Shown here piece after piece: positions 1 through 15,300 of a DNA stretch of 64,000 nt. The notes under the pieces are model-generated. The model ran no database searches, was not told the origin of the DNA, and saw only the letters and a program-made list of their open reading frames with translations. The stretch's first letter is position 1; each line of letters opens with the position of its first letter. The DNA lies in contig NMRA01000280.1 of assembly GCA_002633005.1 (NCBI GenBank), forward strand, positions 16,080 through 80,079. Direction: 5' to 3'. A program made the translations under genes and the position numbers. Origin of the DNA: Phoronis australis (Eukaryota > Animalia > Phoronida).

Positions 1-255
1 GTAAAAATGGCGGGAAAATTTTGCGACCTCACATTTATGAATGCGAGCTGGATTTTGAAAATGCAACCTGGGATTTTGGCTAGGTAGCAAAGTGCGACCT
101 GGCGATTTTAATAGCGTCGAGCCCTACTAACTGTTTACGTGACTGAGTAATACCTGGTGACCCCGTTGAGGATTGGCAATACAACTGAAACAGGAAACAA
201 GCCGAGCACGAGAATTTTACAGGTATCTTGTCAACTCCAGTGCTCCAAAGACGCA

Positions 256-313
256 ATGGGTCGAGTGTTGCTCATATCGGCTCTGATTCTGGTATCATTC
301 CCTGGTTTCAGCG
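256..313 (+). CDS. Gene A exon 1, signal peptide MGRVLLISALILVSFPGFS
   Basis: ATG at 256, hydrophobic core, donor G|GTGAGT, phase 1. Confidence 0.75.
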
Positions 314-3300
314 GTGAGTTAGCAAGCTGAACATTGTCGATTCTTTGGGAAAAGTCAGAGCAAAAGGTTTACTTCAATCTCTTTTTCTTCTTGAGGAAAG
401 AATTAAGACAGGGTAGGATTTAAAGTCTCTCATATCTTTGCTCTCGAGATGATAATTTTTCTATACGAGACTGCATGGTCAATCTTGTAACGCATCCGAT
501 ATGCCTGTTTGTTGATTACTAAGCACCACAAGCACGGACTAAGCTTATCAGTATTGTGTGGTAATGAGCCTAAATTCTTAAAAATGGCTTTGGTCGGTTG
601 TATGAACAACGGTTTGACTGCCCGCCTAGTATAAGTGTTCGATTCTCATCCAATCCCATTGGCGTTTGTATGTTTTTATTCTGTCTTGCTGTTTGTAAAC
701 AACGTAGCAGTTTTTGAGTAACGTAAACCTTAGGGCCTGCATCCCAACTCATATCCAGTTTCGAAGAAAGAGACCACGACTGTAAAAGATCGAAGACAGA
801 CAAGTGACCCGCGTTTGTCACTAGCATAGACACCCCTGCATCCATGGTCGCAAGACTCAAAGTCCCGTTTTTTGACCTGCAAATTGAAATCGAATAAAAA
901 TAAAATAAAGTCTACATAGATAATGCACAAATTTAATAAACTAAAACATAAGAGAAACAACGGATGTGCTTTCATTTTGGCAGGAGCTGAACATTTTTTA
1001 TTTTCATCGAGGTCAAATAAATAGGTCGTTAGAAAAGGCAGCCTTTGTCATGCAAAACTGCATAAACAAGTATTATTTCTGACGCCAGTCTACATTGAGC
1101 TAGCTGCTTGCCAAAGAAAAGGCTGTGGAAGTTTGTCGAAGAGTCAGGGTTGCTCTTGCGGTCATGTAAAGTTGTCAACTTTTCATCATTCGTAGATAAG
1201 TTGTGGACCAGGTGCTATATTTAATTACTTGACAAGATATTTCTTTTATTCAAGCAGGTCAAACGGTGTGACTCACGACTGCCAAGACCCGCTATTGTAC
1301 AGTTGCTTCTGCTACTTTGAACAGCAACAGAAATAATTCGAGCTTCATGCTTGTCTGAACGCTCTGACGTCATTTTTATTGGTAAATTAAAAGTACCCCG
1401 TGCCACGCGTCACGAAAAGGATTTTTAAAAAATTATGAATGTTTTTGCCACAGAAATGAGTGTACGTGACCATGGACAGTCTCGAGGCACGATTTTTACA
1501 GACCCGGGTTATTGTTTTCTGTCTGACTCCAGTATTTTGAGGTGTGATTCCAAAATCTGGCCACTTGATTCACCTGTTCATGCTCTATTTTTATTTTTTC
1601 AACTCTAGACTGTGAAACCAAAGTGTTACTTCTTGGAGTGATACTGAAAATGTGCATCAAAAAGTTGTGGAGCATTGTGCTTNCGCTATTGTACAGTTGC
1701 TTCTACTACTTTGAACAGCAACAGAAATAATTCGAGCTTCATGCTTGTCTGAACGCTCTGACGTCATTTTTATTGGTAAATTAAAAGTACCCCGTGCCAC
1801 GCGTCACGAAAAGGATTTTTAAAAAATTATGAATGTTTTTGCCACAGAAATGAGTGTACGTGACCATGGACAGTCTCGAGGCACGATTCTTGCAGACCCG
1901 GGTTATTGTTTTCTGTCTGACTCCAGTATTTTGAGGTGTGATTCCAAAATCTGGCCACTTGATTCACCTTTTCATGCTCTATTTTTATTTTTTCAACTCT
2001 AGACTGTGAAACCAAAGTGTTACTTCTTGGAGTCATACTGAAAATGTGCATCAAAAAGTTGTGGAGCATTGTGCTTGAAAAATAGTGTTGCTTGCTGCTT
2101 GCAGTATGCTCTCCTGGCCGTTTTTTTTTTGTTTTTGTTTTTTTTTTTGTTTAAAGTACGTGTACCCACAAGGTGCAGAGCCGCCAGTTTGAGGCTTTGA
2201 TCGCAAATTGTAAGGTTGACCACAGACGTAGTTTGTTTTTATTACAACTTGTGTGTTGTTTTAATTCCTATGCCCTAATACCACACCAGCCACTAAAATG
2301 CCCAAGACAGGCGTAACATTACATCATTTAGGCGTCTATATTGCTATTGGTGTTAATTATATATCTTGAATATCTATTACATAAAAAATTCTAGGCATTT
2401 GGTTCATTCTCCCTCGCGCGAACAACCAAACATCATGAGCTCGGAGCAAATTTCATTTGCAGTCTGACAAAACTTTCTTTTCAATATTTAAGATAAAATG
2501 TAACGAGATTAGAAACTTTGTGGTGACTACGGAGTTTTTTCTTCGCCCCTATTTCAAAAATCATGAATTTTGTGATTGTTTCTGGAAATTCCCTCACAGG
2601 TGAAAGTGAATAATAGAAAAACCTGTAACCCCAACTGGGAATCGAACCACAGGTCTCTAGATTGCCGGTCTAGTGGGGTTCCTGTTTTTTCTGTGTTTAT
2701 TTGATTCACTATTGGCCAACATCAGCGTCTTTACATTTATTAAATCTGTAGTAGACGTTGCGAGATGGCACTTTCGTCAGGAATTGTTAACAAGATATTT
2801 CTGACCAGCTTTTGCGTTCCATGTACCTTTAAAATTCTCCCATTAGATGAAGTTAAATACCCACCACAAACAATAAATATACGCCCCTTTCAAAATATCC
2901 AGCATTATGTAGCTGAACTGAACCCAAATATAATGCTTCGCGGTCTCTGGGTTTGTTATTATTTCTTTGCATGTTCTGTGTATTCCTCAATAAATATATA
3001 TATATCACTTAAAAAAAACTGTTGGAAGAAAATTCATCGTTGGTATATGTATTTACACGCACTGTAGTTTTATAACGGAAGGAGTTTGATATTGGTGTCT
3101 GCGTTTTGTAGAGTTTTTATTTTGTGTATCGGGTAACGATATTCTTTTCTTTGTTTTCTATAAACACAGAATGAGTTTCGTTAATCAAAGGAAATTATTA
3201 AATTGAACGAAATCAGTGCGCATGGGTCGGTTTGTCGTATACGGGAATGAGCCGGGAATTATAGTGTGTCCGTAATTCCTCTGTGGAGTACATTTGACAG

Positions 3301-6300
3301 TAATATGAAATGTTTAGATTTCGTTTGTTCTGAACTAAAGTGTCTCAGAAAATGTGACTTCTTAACAGATTTAAAAAGTTTTTGATCTAGCCCTTAATTC
3401 ATAATGCATAGCCTTAGTTTTTCCACGAACTGTTTAACAGGCAAATAAATTAGAAATTTTCGACTCTGCACTCCACTTTGGACAAGCTCAAACTGTATGT
3501 GTTGAGATTATCGTTATGTGTTTAGCTATGCTCACTGTGTCTCCATGTCATGGCATGGCACCTGAGTGTCTCTGTGACAAAATAAAATTAATAAATCAGC
3601 TCATAATAGAAATACTAGAGGTCTTGTGCCAGTGGCAATATATGTATTCATAAAACCAGAACTTATTTTTAGTAAACACTCCCTTTTCCACTGTGTGCCG
3701 TGCTGTGGAACAATCTCGGTACTGATGTCCGTCAAAGTACCGGTAATTAATACTTTCTAGTCCAATGAGGTAATTCAATTGATGCTTTTAATTGTATAGA
3801 CTTTGACTCGTCAAAATTCTTGTTAACGTTTTAATTGTATTCATTGATTCTTTTTTAATGTAATATTTATTTATTTACAATGCTTTCCATGGGAGCTCTC
3901 AGTAAAAAAAACATATAGTAAGACAAAGGCAGAATTACAAAATGAAAGACAATATTTAAATGATAAGCAAAGAATAAGAAATTAACACGGAAAGACTGAT
4001 GAAACAAAATAAAAAATAAAATATGATAAACAGAAGATAAAGAAATTAAGACAAGATAATTAACTTAAATATAAATATAAACAATTAATAACAGACAATG
4101 AATAATTAATAAAAGTAAGACATCATATAAATATACACGCGTGTATACACATGCACTCTTACACACTACATGAAGTTAAATCTATTTCTTATAATTCTTT
4201 TAAGGTTATAAAGGATAATTTAGATTTGGCATCAGTTAACTAGGTTTTTTAGTATTTTCTTTCTCAGTATCAGGGCCCGAAGGGAGACCATTTGTATAAG
4301 TGAACAGGTTTCATCCTGCAGAAACATATCTCACAGCATCAACTACCGATGAAAAGGAGAAAAAGGAAAAGAAAGAGAAACGATGGTCTCGCTTTTATGT
4401 ATCACATCTAACATACCGTCGGCTGGTGAATTTCTGTTGAATGTTTTGAAGGGTTAGGCCTATCTTGATCCCCAAACTTCCTTGAATTGGGTGACTCAGA
4501 TCAGTCCGACACCGAGGATGCTCAAGATACGATTGTAACAGGAGGCTGTCACGACCAGCTTCTTAAAGAAGAACACGTACATTACTTATTGCATGTATAC
4601 TTCTCATGTTGATTCTCGCTGCTCACATACATGTAGTTACTTCTCATTTTTGCGGTAAACAGGTGCTTGCGTTGACGCGACGGTTATGAAAACTTTGCTT
4701 AAAATCCCCATTAATAACAAGGGGCAACTCGAGTAGAGTGACATTTAATAACTGACGTACTACAAAACTGCATGACCCAGATAACTATAACCTGTTGATT
4801 TTAAACGATGGGGCCCTGGGTGTAAATGTAAGAAAACCTCTCTAACATAAGTGTAACGGGCACTGTATTTTATAAACATTAACAAAAATCATTTAGTATT
4901 TTGAATTTTATACAATTCAGTAAGGTCAGCTTTGGTCACATGTTGGGCTTGTAACGATATTTCATTAGGCTGCCATAATTTGTTTGCAGAAAATAAAGCT
5001 CTTTTGCTCAGATGATCACTTGTGGAATAACCTCAATTGGTGACAAAAGGACATTCAACAGAATTTTACAACTCGATTTTACCACCTGAGAAGGGTTAAT
5101 TTCTACAATAGCGACAGCTAATAATAATAGATAACAATCTTATTCCTAATTTCAAGTTACGACAACAGAACAGCACGTAGGCTTTTCGATTTGCTTTTTA
5201 GTAATGTTTTCCTTTATTTTCCAATATTACCCAGTGTCCCAAAGAGTCCATTATAACTGATGACACAAACATCTGGCTAACATATTAAATATGAATTCGT
5301 CAGGCTAAGAACCAAAAGTTTTTGACCAACTGACAAATATGCAGTTTCTTTCCAAGATTTTGTTTCCCACAATAAGTCTGTACTGTTTTTAATACTCATT
5401 TGATATATAAGACACACAATCGATGCGATGATCATGCGAGAAACTTTTGAAAAAGAAACCATGGGTACGACTTCTCGGTAGGCAACTGAGATTCACCCTA
5501 ACACTATTGTGTGTGGCTTAAACTGACAGACATGCGAACATTGAAAATATTTACCGGAATCTGAAGCACTGAAATTCACCATTTGTGTTGCCTCGATAGC
5601 AAGTGCGCTCGGGCTCAACTGCACCAGGGTTTTTTGCAGATAAGCCCCTGGGCGTGTATTCGGAAAATGAAAAGTCAGGGGTTTTACCAACACCAAATCA
5701 ACTCTTGTTTCCAAATGGCATATAAGTAAAAACTATTTGTTTGGGCCCATGAGGTCGACTTCATTTATCACCAGGCATTTTGTGTTCATTAGCACCCAAT
5801 ACTGCATTGTACTTTGGTTCATTTGCACCCAGTACTCCTTTGTATTTTGGTTCACTAGGACTTACAACTGTTACATGCATCACATGCATCTTTAATCGGC
5901 CTTTCGCATCGCACTATAATAGTAATGGGGAGCGGCTGAATAAAACGTAGTGCCTGTGCATGCATCGTCATTCTGCCCGCATAAAGCACCTGGTTTATTG
6001 CTGCGCTAGCAACATATATATTTTCATACAATTGAATCATCTAAGTATGTATCATGACAGCAACTACAGGTAATGCTTTGATTTTCAACAAGGCATGAAA
6101 TGAAATTGTGGGGTAACTGTAACAACTTTCTCGAGCATGTCTATAAATAGTTATTTGCTGACGGTTTTGTGTCTAGGCTATCGGAAACTTACCAAACTTA
6201 CCAAACCCGTTCCCTGAGATCACTTGTTCAGTTTCGATGTTTTCTATGTATTTTATACGAGTAAAAAGCCTCCATGTTTTAAACATGTACTATTTCATGA

Positions 6301-9300
6301 AAGTTAAATTTTAAACTGTGACCATTTTAAATTTAACAAAATTAAAGTGTCAACTCTAAAATTTCAGTCAAATTAGACAGGAACTGACACTTGTTGCAGT
6401 TTGACCAGTCCAAAATAAAGAACATCGTCAAATTTTAGAATGTTTGGAATATTCGTTGCAAGGTTGATTTGACTTTATTGATTTAAAGGTAATGTATTGT
6501 CTTTGTAGAACAGATTGTAATACCAACACTAACTAAAAATCCAGGTTGTCCATAAATCTCCAGCCTGCACACCCCACTTTGCTACTTCTCAGTCAGAAGA
6601 TGCGCCCCTCCTGATGATACTTGTCTCAATGTCCATGTCTCCTCGACCATCTAGGTGTACCTGAAACCAAGCTCAACAACTCTACTAATCTCTGTACACA
6701 TTAAATCAATTTTGGCTTGACTTCTCGGTGTTCATCAGGTGCATGAATTATCGTGAAGTGTGTTCATATCAATCTCAAATAAGCACCAGTTTTGAATATT
6801 TGCCATACATTAGTTGTTTAACAGGGGTAGATGATTGTGTTTAAATAATATAAAAATATGATCAGAGTACATGTTTGATCCCAAATTAAAATGTAAAAAA
6901 TCACTGTTATGAAGAAACAACAGCAAGCATGAACTTTAAAAATAATAACTGACTAATTGTGAAGATTGGCATGGACAAGGTAGCTTTCTACATTCAGATT
7001 TGACCCGTCCGTGCACGTGGTTGCGGTGTGGTGTGTGAAGTTAAGGTAAAGCGGATAAATTTTTCATTCATGCTGTGGAATGATGCGATTTTGATATGGA
7101 TTTGATTGATGTATTAAGGTTGATAATTCATGAGTATTCCTTACTTCATATTCTTTTAAAAATCCAAGTACGTGCTAATTTTTCTGTATTCATAAGACAT
7201 ATATGCTTTGGACCCCTGTTTTGCATGCCCAGGAAACCCAAACAAAGTGCATTAGTATCCCGAACGTTGTTTTGGGTATAGATACATCACTGCGTCTAAT
7301 CATGACAGCGTTTTCTCGCTCAGTGGCATATTTATATGTGGGCGCATAATAAATTATACTGGCGTTATCTCTGTCCGTCCGTCCGGGCGGTGTCCGTCTG
7401 GCGTCCGTTGCTCTATCTCCAAAACCGATAGACATATGTTCATGAAACTTTGCACCTGTGTTTATTTCATATATGGGACGGCATGAGCAAACTTTCGGAC
7501 GGATCTGACATCCGGTGTTCCCCCTAGGGGCAATTTTAATGTTTTATGTTTACCTCTGTATCTTCAAATGTCCTCAACCTATTTTCACAAAATTTGGTAT
7601 GGCATCTATGAGTGAGATGATGGTATCCTCCCGTTTTCCTTGCTGGTTCCCTGCGTGCCGCTAGGTGGGGCGGTAGCCGAGCCAGCACGCAGGTATCACT
7701 TAATTTTCCTCGGAATTTTTTTCACACCGGCCTTTCTAATTGGCTGGTCAAATTCTCAACATGCAGAGCTTTACGGAAACAAAGTGGGACTGGACTGATG
7801 GAGCAAATGTAGTGTGGTCTGTCGTACAGACAAATCGGTGCTTATAATTTATGTTCAGTAATTCTGAAACCCAGAAATTGTGGTTGCGCCTTTTCGGAGT
7901 GCATCTTACTACTGTCGATGACTTTTGTTTATGATACTGTCCTGTATTCATACATGGATAACACACCAGTTAAATCAACCAGATATGTTTATTGTACATG
8001 TATGTGGTTCAAGCACGCGGCTATTAAACTTTAGTGCAGAAACGAAATAGTTGCTGCTACGCCATTTCCGTGACAATGCTAAAAATCGTTCATGGTCTGC
8101 CATTTTTTCACGTTGTTGTAAAGCTAAGCAATGACTGCCGAGGTTACACCAACCATAGGCAATTACATCGCCCTGGATGCCGCAGGCATACAGGGGCCGT
8201 ATACATCCCCACAAAAAGTTACTCATTTCAAAATACCGGAAATAAAATCAAATGAACCATACATGAACAAGGAGTTATAATTAACACATACCATGACTCT
8301 GGATACGATTTAGTCAGCAAAATGTGAACAAATTGATGAAAATCTGTCGCGGTTTGCTCGAGTTTCTCTTGCCGGGTGCCATTTTGAGAAAGTTACGTGA
8401 AATTACGCATGTTGACGAATAAAAAGTCCAAGAGACATAAATCTTACAAATTTCATCTGATACCTTCATACGTTATTTTGCAAGTTTCACGCGCTAACGT
8501 CACGTGCTTCGCTCAGTCTCGCGCTATCCTTTGCCTAACTCACGTGAGCCTGTTGACATACTTTTGGTTATCGCGCACGTGGTGAAAAAGTTAACGGCAA
8601 CCAAAAAAGTGAAGTTGGAATTCCTCGCCAAAGTCAACTTAATTCTCACAACTAAGCTTCATCGAAGATATGTATAGAAGTAGAAAGGGCCAATTATGAA
8701 AGTGAGTGCTTTATTAAATGATAGTTTTAAGTGTGGAATGTATTTTTGACGAGGTGAAACTCAAGATCGGTGACCGGATTTGGCTATGGTGGTTTAAAGT
8801 GGAACCGCTACATCCGACTAGTGCCCAACCGAGGGGCTACGTGTTGCCTACACCAACCAATGCTAAAGCGCGTGCTACTGCGTGATACCTGCGTGCTGGC
8901 TAGGCACGTATAGGGTAGTACCTGAGCGAGCCCGTTCTCAGATAGATTCGACGTAATTTGTGCCACCTAGTGGCCATTTTTACTGTTTTCGAGTCTTTTT
9001 AGCGTCCGCACCTCTAGTCATCCAAACTGCTCTAAGCATGATTGTGAAAATTGGCATGTATGAGGATGTTTGACGATCATATTCCGACGACTGTGGTGCC
9101 TCCTTGTAGCAGTTTTGTTTTTCTTTGCGCCTAAGGCTGTATCTCCTTAACCGTTTGCAAGATCTTTACTAAATTTAGTACGTGCATTTATACGATGAAA
9201 ACACGACGACGACTTTCGAAAAGATCTGACTAATGATGTGCCACCTAGTGGCAATTTTATTTTTTTACGTTTACCTCTATATCTTAAAATTTCCTCAACG

Positions 9301-12300
9301 TATTTTCATAAAATTTGGCATACATGCTTCTGTTACTGAGGTGACGCTATCTTTCCGTTTTCAGATGGATTCGACTTAGTTTGCGCCACCTAGTGGCCAT
9401 ATTTACTGTTTTTGAGTCTGTTTTCTATCAACGAAATCGCTTTCAGGATAATTGTGAAAATTGGAAGGTATGTTTTTACTATGAAGTGGACAGGTGACAA
9501 TGATTTCTGATGACTTTGACTATTGTGGCGCCTCCTTGTGGCAGTTTCTTTTTGCTGTATCAGTCTCCTCAACCGTTTGCAGGATCTTTGCTACATTTAA
9601 AAAGTGCGTTTATAAGATGTTGACAGCGGACGACGACGATTTTCGGATGGATCTGACAACTGATGTGCCCCTGGTGGTAAGTTTAAATTTATGTTTACCT
9701 CTGTACATGTATCTTTAAAGGTCCTCAACGGATTTTCATAAAATTTTGAATACGGGCACATTACATAGAATTGTCGTGGTCGAGGTCTTGACAGGGACCT
9801 CAGGGGTCTCACACTCCACTGATTTATCCACATTATTTTGAAAACGATTTGCCCAGTCACACAGTGTGTGTCATAAAATATATAGATAAGCATACGTGCA
9901 GCTGACGCAGCAAGTAGACCTACTCTCGTTTGTCACATTGGTATAGACTCACAGTTGAACTGTGGATTTCTGTTGACCCCAGACCGTCCGGAGTTGCACC
10001 CCATACAAACTCCAGACGGTCTCTCACGACGATTTAGCGTCATGTACTGGTGAGATGACACTATCCTCCCGTTTTCGGATGGAATCAAGGTATTTTGCGC
10101 CACCTATTGGCCATTTTTGCTGTTTTCGAGTCTGTTTTTTGGCGTCTACCCCTCTATCAATTAACCAAATCATTCTAAGGATGAAAATTGGCGTACGTGT
10201 TCTCATTGTAAAGAGGATGGTTGACGATGACAGCTTTGACTACTGTGGCGCCTCCTTGTGGTAGTTTTGTTTTGTTTTGTTTTGTTTTGCGCCCATAGTT
10301 GTATTTCCTAAACCCACTGCAGGATCTGTATTAAATTTAATTTGTAAGTGTTTTTATACGAAGATAACAACACACAATGACGACTTTCAGGCGGATGCAA
10401 TGAACAGTGTGCTCCCTTAAGTGGCAATTTCATTTTAAGCTGCTTTCGTTTGTTTCTCTGAAGTTCCGTGACGCATTTCTATGAAATTTGGTTTATAGCT
10501 TTCTGTTAAAGAAGCAACGACATGTTCCCGTTTTCGGATAGATTGTACCTCTTTTCGCCATCTAGTGGCCATTTTTATGACACAAATAAACAACCCTTAA
10601 AGCACACCATGCGATGCATTCTTGGGCGCATTTCAACGCTCCGCGTTGCTCTTGTTTTCTGAGTAGTGAACCGTCCCGTTACAGCATTTTGGGAGGCATT
10701 AAATCATTACATCACGCTGTGTTTACAAATGGGCAATTTGTTTGAGGTGAGGAACCAGCTTCAAATTTCAATCTTGCATCAAGGTCGAAGCTTTGTCTGC
10801 CTCTCACCTGTCTCCTCTTACATATGTCATGCTGGCCATTTGAGGGCCGTTATAGTAGTAGTAATACACTTTATTCACTTTAAGTCAAAAACCAAAAAAT
10901 ACAGTTGATACAGATTTACGCTTATGGAAACTCCGTAAAGGACCCGAGAGGTCCGTTGACCACAGAGCCACCAGAAAATAAGAAAGAAAAAAACAGCGTT
11001 ATAAATAAGCAGAACTATAAAAATTAGGTGATGATGTACCTTAAAACTACTTGTGTAAAGACTGGGAGAGATTATCAAAAATAGTTACATACAAAGCAGT
11101 TGGTAATAGTGCACTCAAGTTCATAATTTTCAAAATAAACATTCTTAAAATAATTTATAACAGAGGATAATAGGAGGGCTCGACTCGTTCTTTTCTTTCA
11201 CTGTGGGCAAGTCCGTTCAAAATTTACATGTCCGAACTGAAATTCTCATTGTCTGAAATTTGAAATGTTGTTGGTGTTGAATGAAACAAATATAATGAAA
11301 CTGTGCTGCAGCAAGATAAATATAATGCACCATCACTTTCAAAGAACTTAAGTGAAAAATTCAGTAACTGCAACATTAAGTAACAAAAACCGAAAAAAAT
11401 CAATTGGCCAAACTGTTTCTCTTATAGTGTCCCGCCTGCGTATCTTTGCTTAGCAAATGCAATTTAAAAAGCGGGCAGTCTTTGCAAATAAGGAACTTCT
11501 TCTCTTCGCCTACTCATGTATAGTCTTGATTCCCTTTTTTGCGGTAAAAATGAAAATTTAGTGGAATGATTTTGTGTTTTTTGCAGATGTTTTTTATTAA
11601 ATGATAGCTGTATTTGGCCATCAGCCGACATAATTTTCAATCAGTTAGATCGTGATCTATTATGTCCGTTAACCTCTTTTGTAGACAGTAGGATATCATG
11701 CAGAAATAGTTTCGACTGCACATACCCTGCAGTGTGCAAGAATGCCACAGTAATTACTTGGAAAGAAGGCACTGGTTATGAGCGGGAATGTCGATGTAGC
11801 CAAAAAGGCACCTGTCGTACGAAAGGCGCAAAATGCAGGGATGTTTGGCGCAGATATTATTCAAGTCAACTTGACGGATATGTCAAAGGTGCAGAAGGAG
11901 TTTGTCAGTGTCCGTCAACTAGTCTGGAGTTCCGACTGACCCGTGAACCATACTGTCTCCACCCAGGTAAGTGGGACGTTTTTCATATTTAATGATGTAG
12001 TTTAAATACACTTTAAAAAAACTTTTGACCAGTGCACCGATATTTTGGACTGTACTTGGTCAGGTGAGCTGGAGGCAGATACAGAATTGTCGTTTATAAC
12101 AGTTGCAGAAATGCCAGACAAAGAGCCAGTTTTTAGAACAAGACATATATATTGTGACCTCTGTCGAGAGAATCACACAACATAATCTTGCTGACCGTCG
12201 TCTTCACGCACAGACGAACAGCGGTCTTGTACTCTGTTGATGACCGCATGCGGCAGCCCTTGGAGACAACTTCATATGAAATGATTGTATCTCTTGTAAA

Positions 12301-15300
12301 ATGTCAAATGTTTTGCAGTGTCCATACATTTGGTAAAGTACTGTAGCTCCTCTTTGAGGGGCCGTGCTACCGGCCTTTTCATTGACAAAAAGTTTTAATC
12401 TACTTATAAAAAATTTTCAAGTTAATACCACACCAAAATGAAACATGGAAGTATTATAAATTTTGCAGTTTTACTTACAACTGTTGCCATAAGGTAACTC
12501 CTGTGTTGAAGTGGATTTCACCTGCAGTTGAAATATATCAATTTCTAGTTGAGTTAAAACAAGGTCTTGGAAATTTTTGTTGTTCAACAGTTCAAATTTG
12601 GTCTAGAATTTTTTAAATTGTTGAAGTATAAAGCAATTGTTTTGGATGTTTCCTTTAGTAAAATACAGAATTGTTCTGGTTGTCTTGGCAGACATTCCCA
12701 TGTGCTAATACTGTTCACTTGTCTCTGTATCTACTGCCCGTAGAACAATGGAAAGTGATGTTAGCAGCCCAGAAAAAGATCTGCATCTTGGTTCTGCGAG
12801 CTCACTTCCTTACAACATACACTGTGACGATCACAGACTGTTGAGTCACATGAAGGACGTTATGTTTGCTGATCCATGGAAGTAGATGCAAAACTAAGAT
12901 GTATAGGCCTTGTGGCTGTTCACATCACGTTCTCTGGATTCTTGGGCAGTAATCCACGCCAGCGTGACAGTAATAGAATAATGAATCTGCAAGATCATCA
13001 AGGATCTGAATTTACCTAACGTAATGTCAGAAATGATTGTGTTCCACCGGCTTTAATAGTCAGTGTCGGACAACATTATTGTCTGATAGTTCAGATAACT
13101 TAGCATGATGAACGAGGTACCAATATCTAAGCACATTAGCACTTAGGCACCCCAGTATGTACAGAAATGGATGCCTGACCGTGTCTGCTCTCTGGGTGTA
13201 GCTCCTGGAGACCTTATAATGGAGCCAAAAAAGAGCTCGATTAGATATACGAGGTACCGACCAATACTGATTTAGGGCACAGTACATCTTATTGTAGCAA
13301 AATAGTTAAATTTTTGCAAATTAGTAAAATCCAAATTAAAACTACCATTCTTTTTCTGGCACTTTTCCAAATGAAATGACAATTGCATTTATCGTTTCCT
13401 ATGGCGGACACTTGCCATTGTATCTAGTAAACAAAATCTACTTGTCTCTGTACAGTCATAGAAAATATGTTTTAAAGTTTCGGGGCTATCGTTTACAAAA
13501 AGAAAAGTCATTCGAGTAAACTTGTTTGAAACCTGAAGTTGTCATGTAGCATGCAGTAGTACTTCCATATTTCTTTAACAAAGATAAAACCTACTCCCAA
13601 CTCTGTTTATTTAGACTGGCTGTCTGTGATTACAGAATTTTCACATAATATACAATTGGATGATTTACGCTCAATGCTGTTAACGAAGAGTGAATATTAA
13701 ATGGAATAAGCAGACAAACTTTGATTTTTGCATTTGTTAGTTCAACATATACTTTTCCTGAGAAATGATTTTACAGCCTTAAACAATGAAAAATACTCCA
13801 AAAAATAAGATCGTATCAAAAATGCTTTTTCTATATCGGGCTCTTATCAGTAAAATTTATATTGCTCGGTCATTTGCTGATCGTTAATGAATTAGAACAT
13901 CCCTTCTCAACATGATTCGGTGTGTAAAATACGGTTCTTTCACACACTTGGATATAAGTATTAATATGCACTTCTTTGTTTAAAATTTCAGGTTACACTG
14001 ATTGGTTTCAACACGCTGTTCCTCAACTTGGGTTTGTACCTGAAGTAGTGGAAAAATCACCAGCTGTGTTCGAGTCTTTGCAGTGGACGTTTTTGTCAGT
14101 AATGAAAAAGGGAAACAAGGTATGCAGAAAAGAAATAGACCTGCAGTCAATAGTTCACCATACTACTTATTATACACAAAATTCAAAAAGCAATGCAGTA
14201 TACATGTATATTTAGTTGTGGTGTAAGCGCGTGCGCATGTTCTCCAGACTGTGGAATTGCAAAGTTTGCTGTTGTTGGTTGTAAACATAGCTGATTGTCA
14301 CAAGGTACGGGAAATTTTGAATGTTGTTTTGATGTACGCTAATTGTTGTAAAGGTTTATGTTGTGAATGATTGTGACTAGCATCGAAATACTCGGGACTT
14401 TGGAGTTTCTATGTTATATCGTTGTAAACATTCTAAACGGGATGTGTTGTAACGAGGTTTGACTGTATTCTGTACGTTAAGAAGTTTGCCATTACCGTTT
14501 TCCTTCGCGTAATACTCTAGCTTCACAGATTTTATGCTCCCACATATAGATTTGTGGGTGCATGTTACTGTCATCACTATCCAGTCATCTGCTGTTCGGC
14601 GTCTGCTTCCTCATTTTCAAAACCCCTAGGTGGATGACTTCTTGAACGTTGACAGATGTGTTCTTGTGGAGCTGGCGGCGGATAACCTTGACTTTTGGAT
14701 GAACCTGAGCAGTGGATTTTTTTTGCATTTGCCTCTGTATCTTTGGAGCTCCTTGATGGGTTTTCACGAAATTTGGCAAATAATGTACCATTAAGGACTA
14801 ATGAGATGACAACACCTTTTTATTTTTAGAAGGATAAAAGAACGTATTATGCACCACCTAACAGCCAGTCAGCTTATGGCGTCAGCCTCTCTATCACGCA
14901 AACTGATCATAGAATTATTAAGGAAATTAGCAGATGTTTTCCTACTGAAAACAGCATGACTGATGTTGATTTTCAGACAGATTCGCTTACTGCGACACCC
15001 TCTATTGGCTCTTTTTTGTAGCCACAGACCACGTCTGTATCTCCTGAAGTGGACCTTGCGATGTCTTTGAGAAATTGTGAAAGTTAACTGGTGCATTCTT
15101 AGAAATTTGGAAGCAGATACCAGATGTTGATTTTCAGACGGATTCGCTTACTGTGACGCCCCCTATTGGCACTTTTTTGCATCCACAGACCACGTCTGTA
15201 TCTCCTGAACTCCTTGCAATGTCTTTGAGAAATTTTAAAAGTTGACTGGTGCATATTTTCCTATGAATGTGGCAGCAGATACCGTAACGATTCCTGTGGA

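Noticed and set aside
1290-2076. Apparent recent 393-bp tandem duplication
   Set aside because: The copies meet exactly at a single N, typical of an unmerged contig overlap or two alleles; probably not biological
2622-2674. Functional tRNA gene
   Set aside because: Only the anticodon-like arm and B-box are present; no D arm or acceptor stem
570-11078. Numerous 60-100 aa ORFs in intron 1, and similar ones elsewhere
   Set aside because: No recognisable motifs or consistent splice signals; many are translations of repeats
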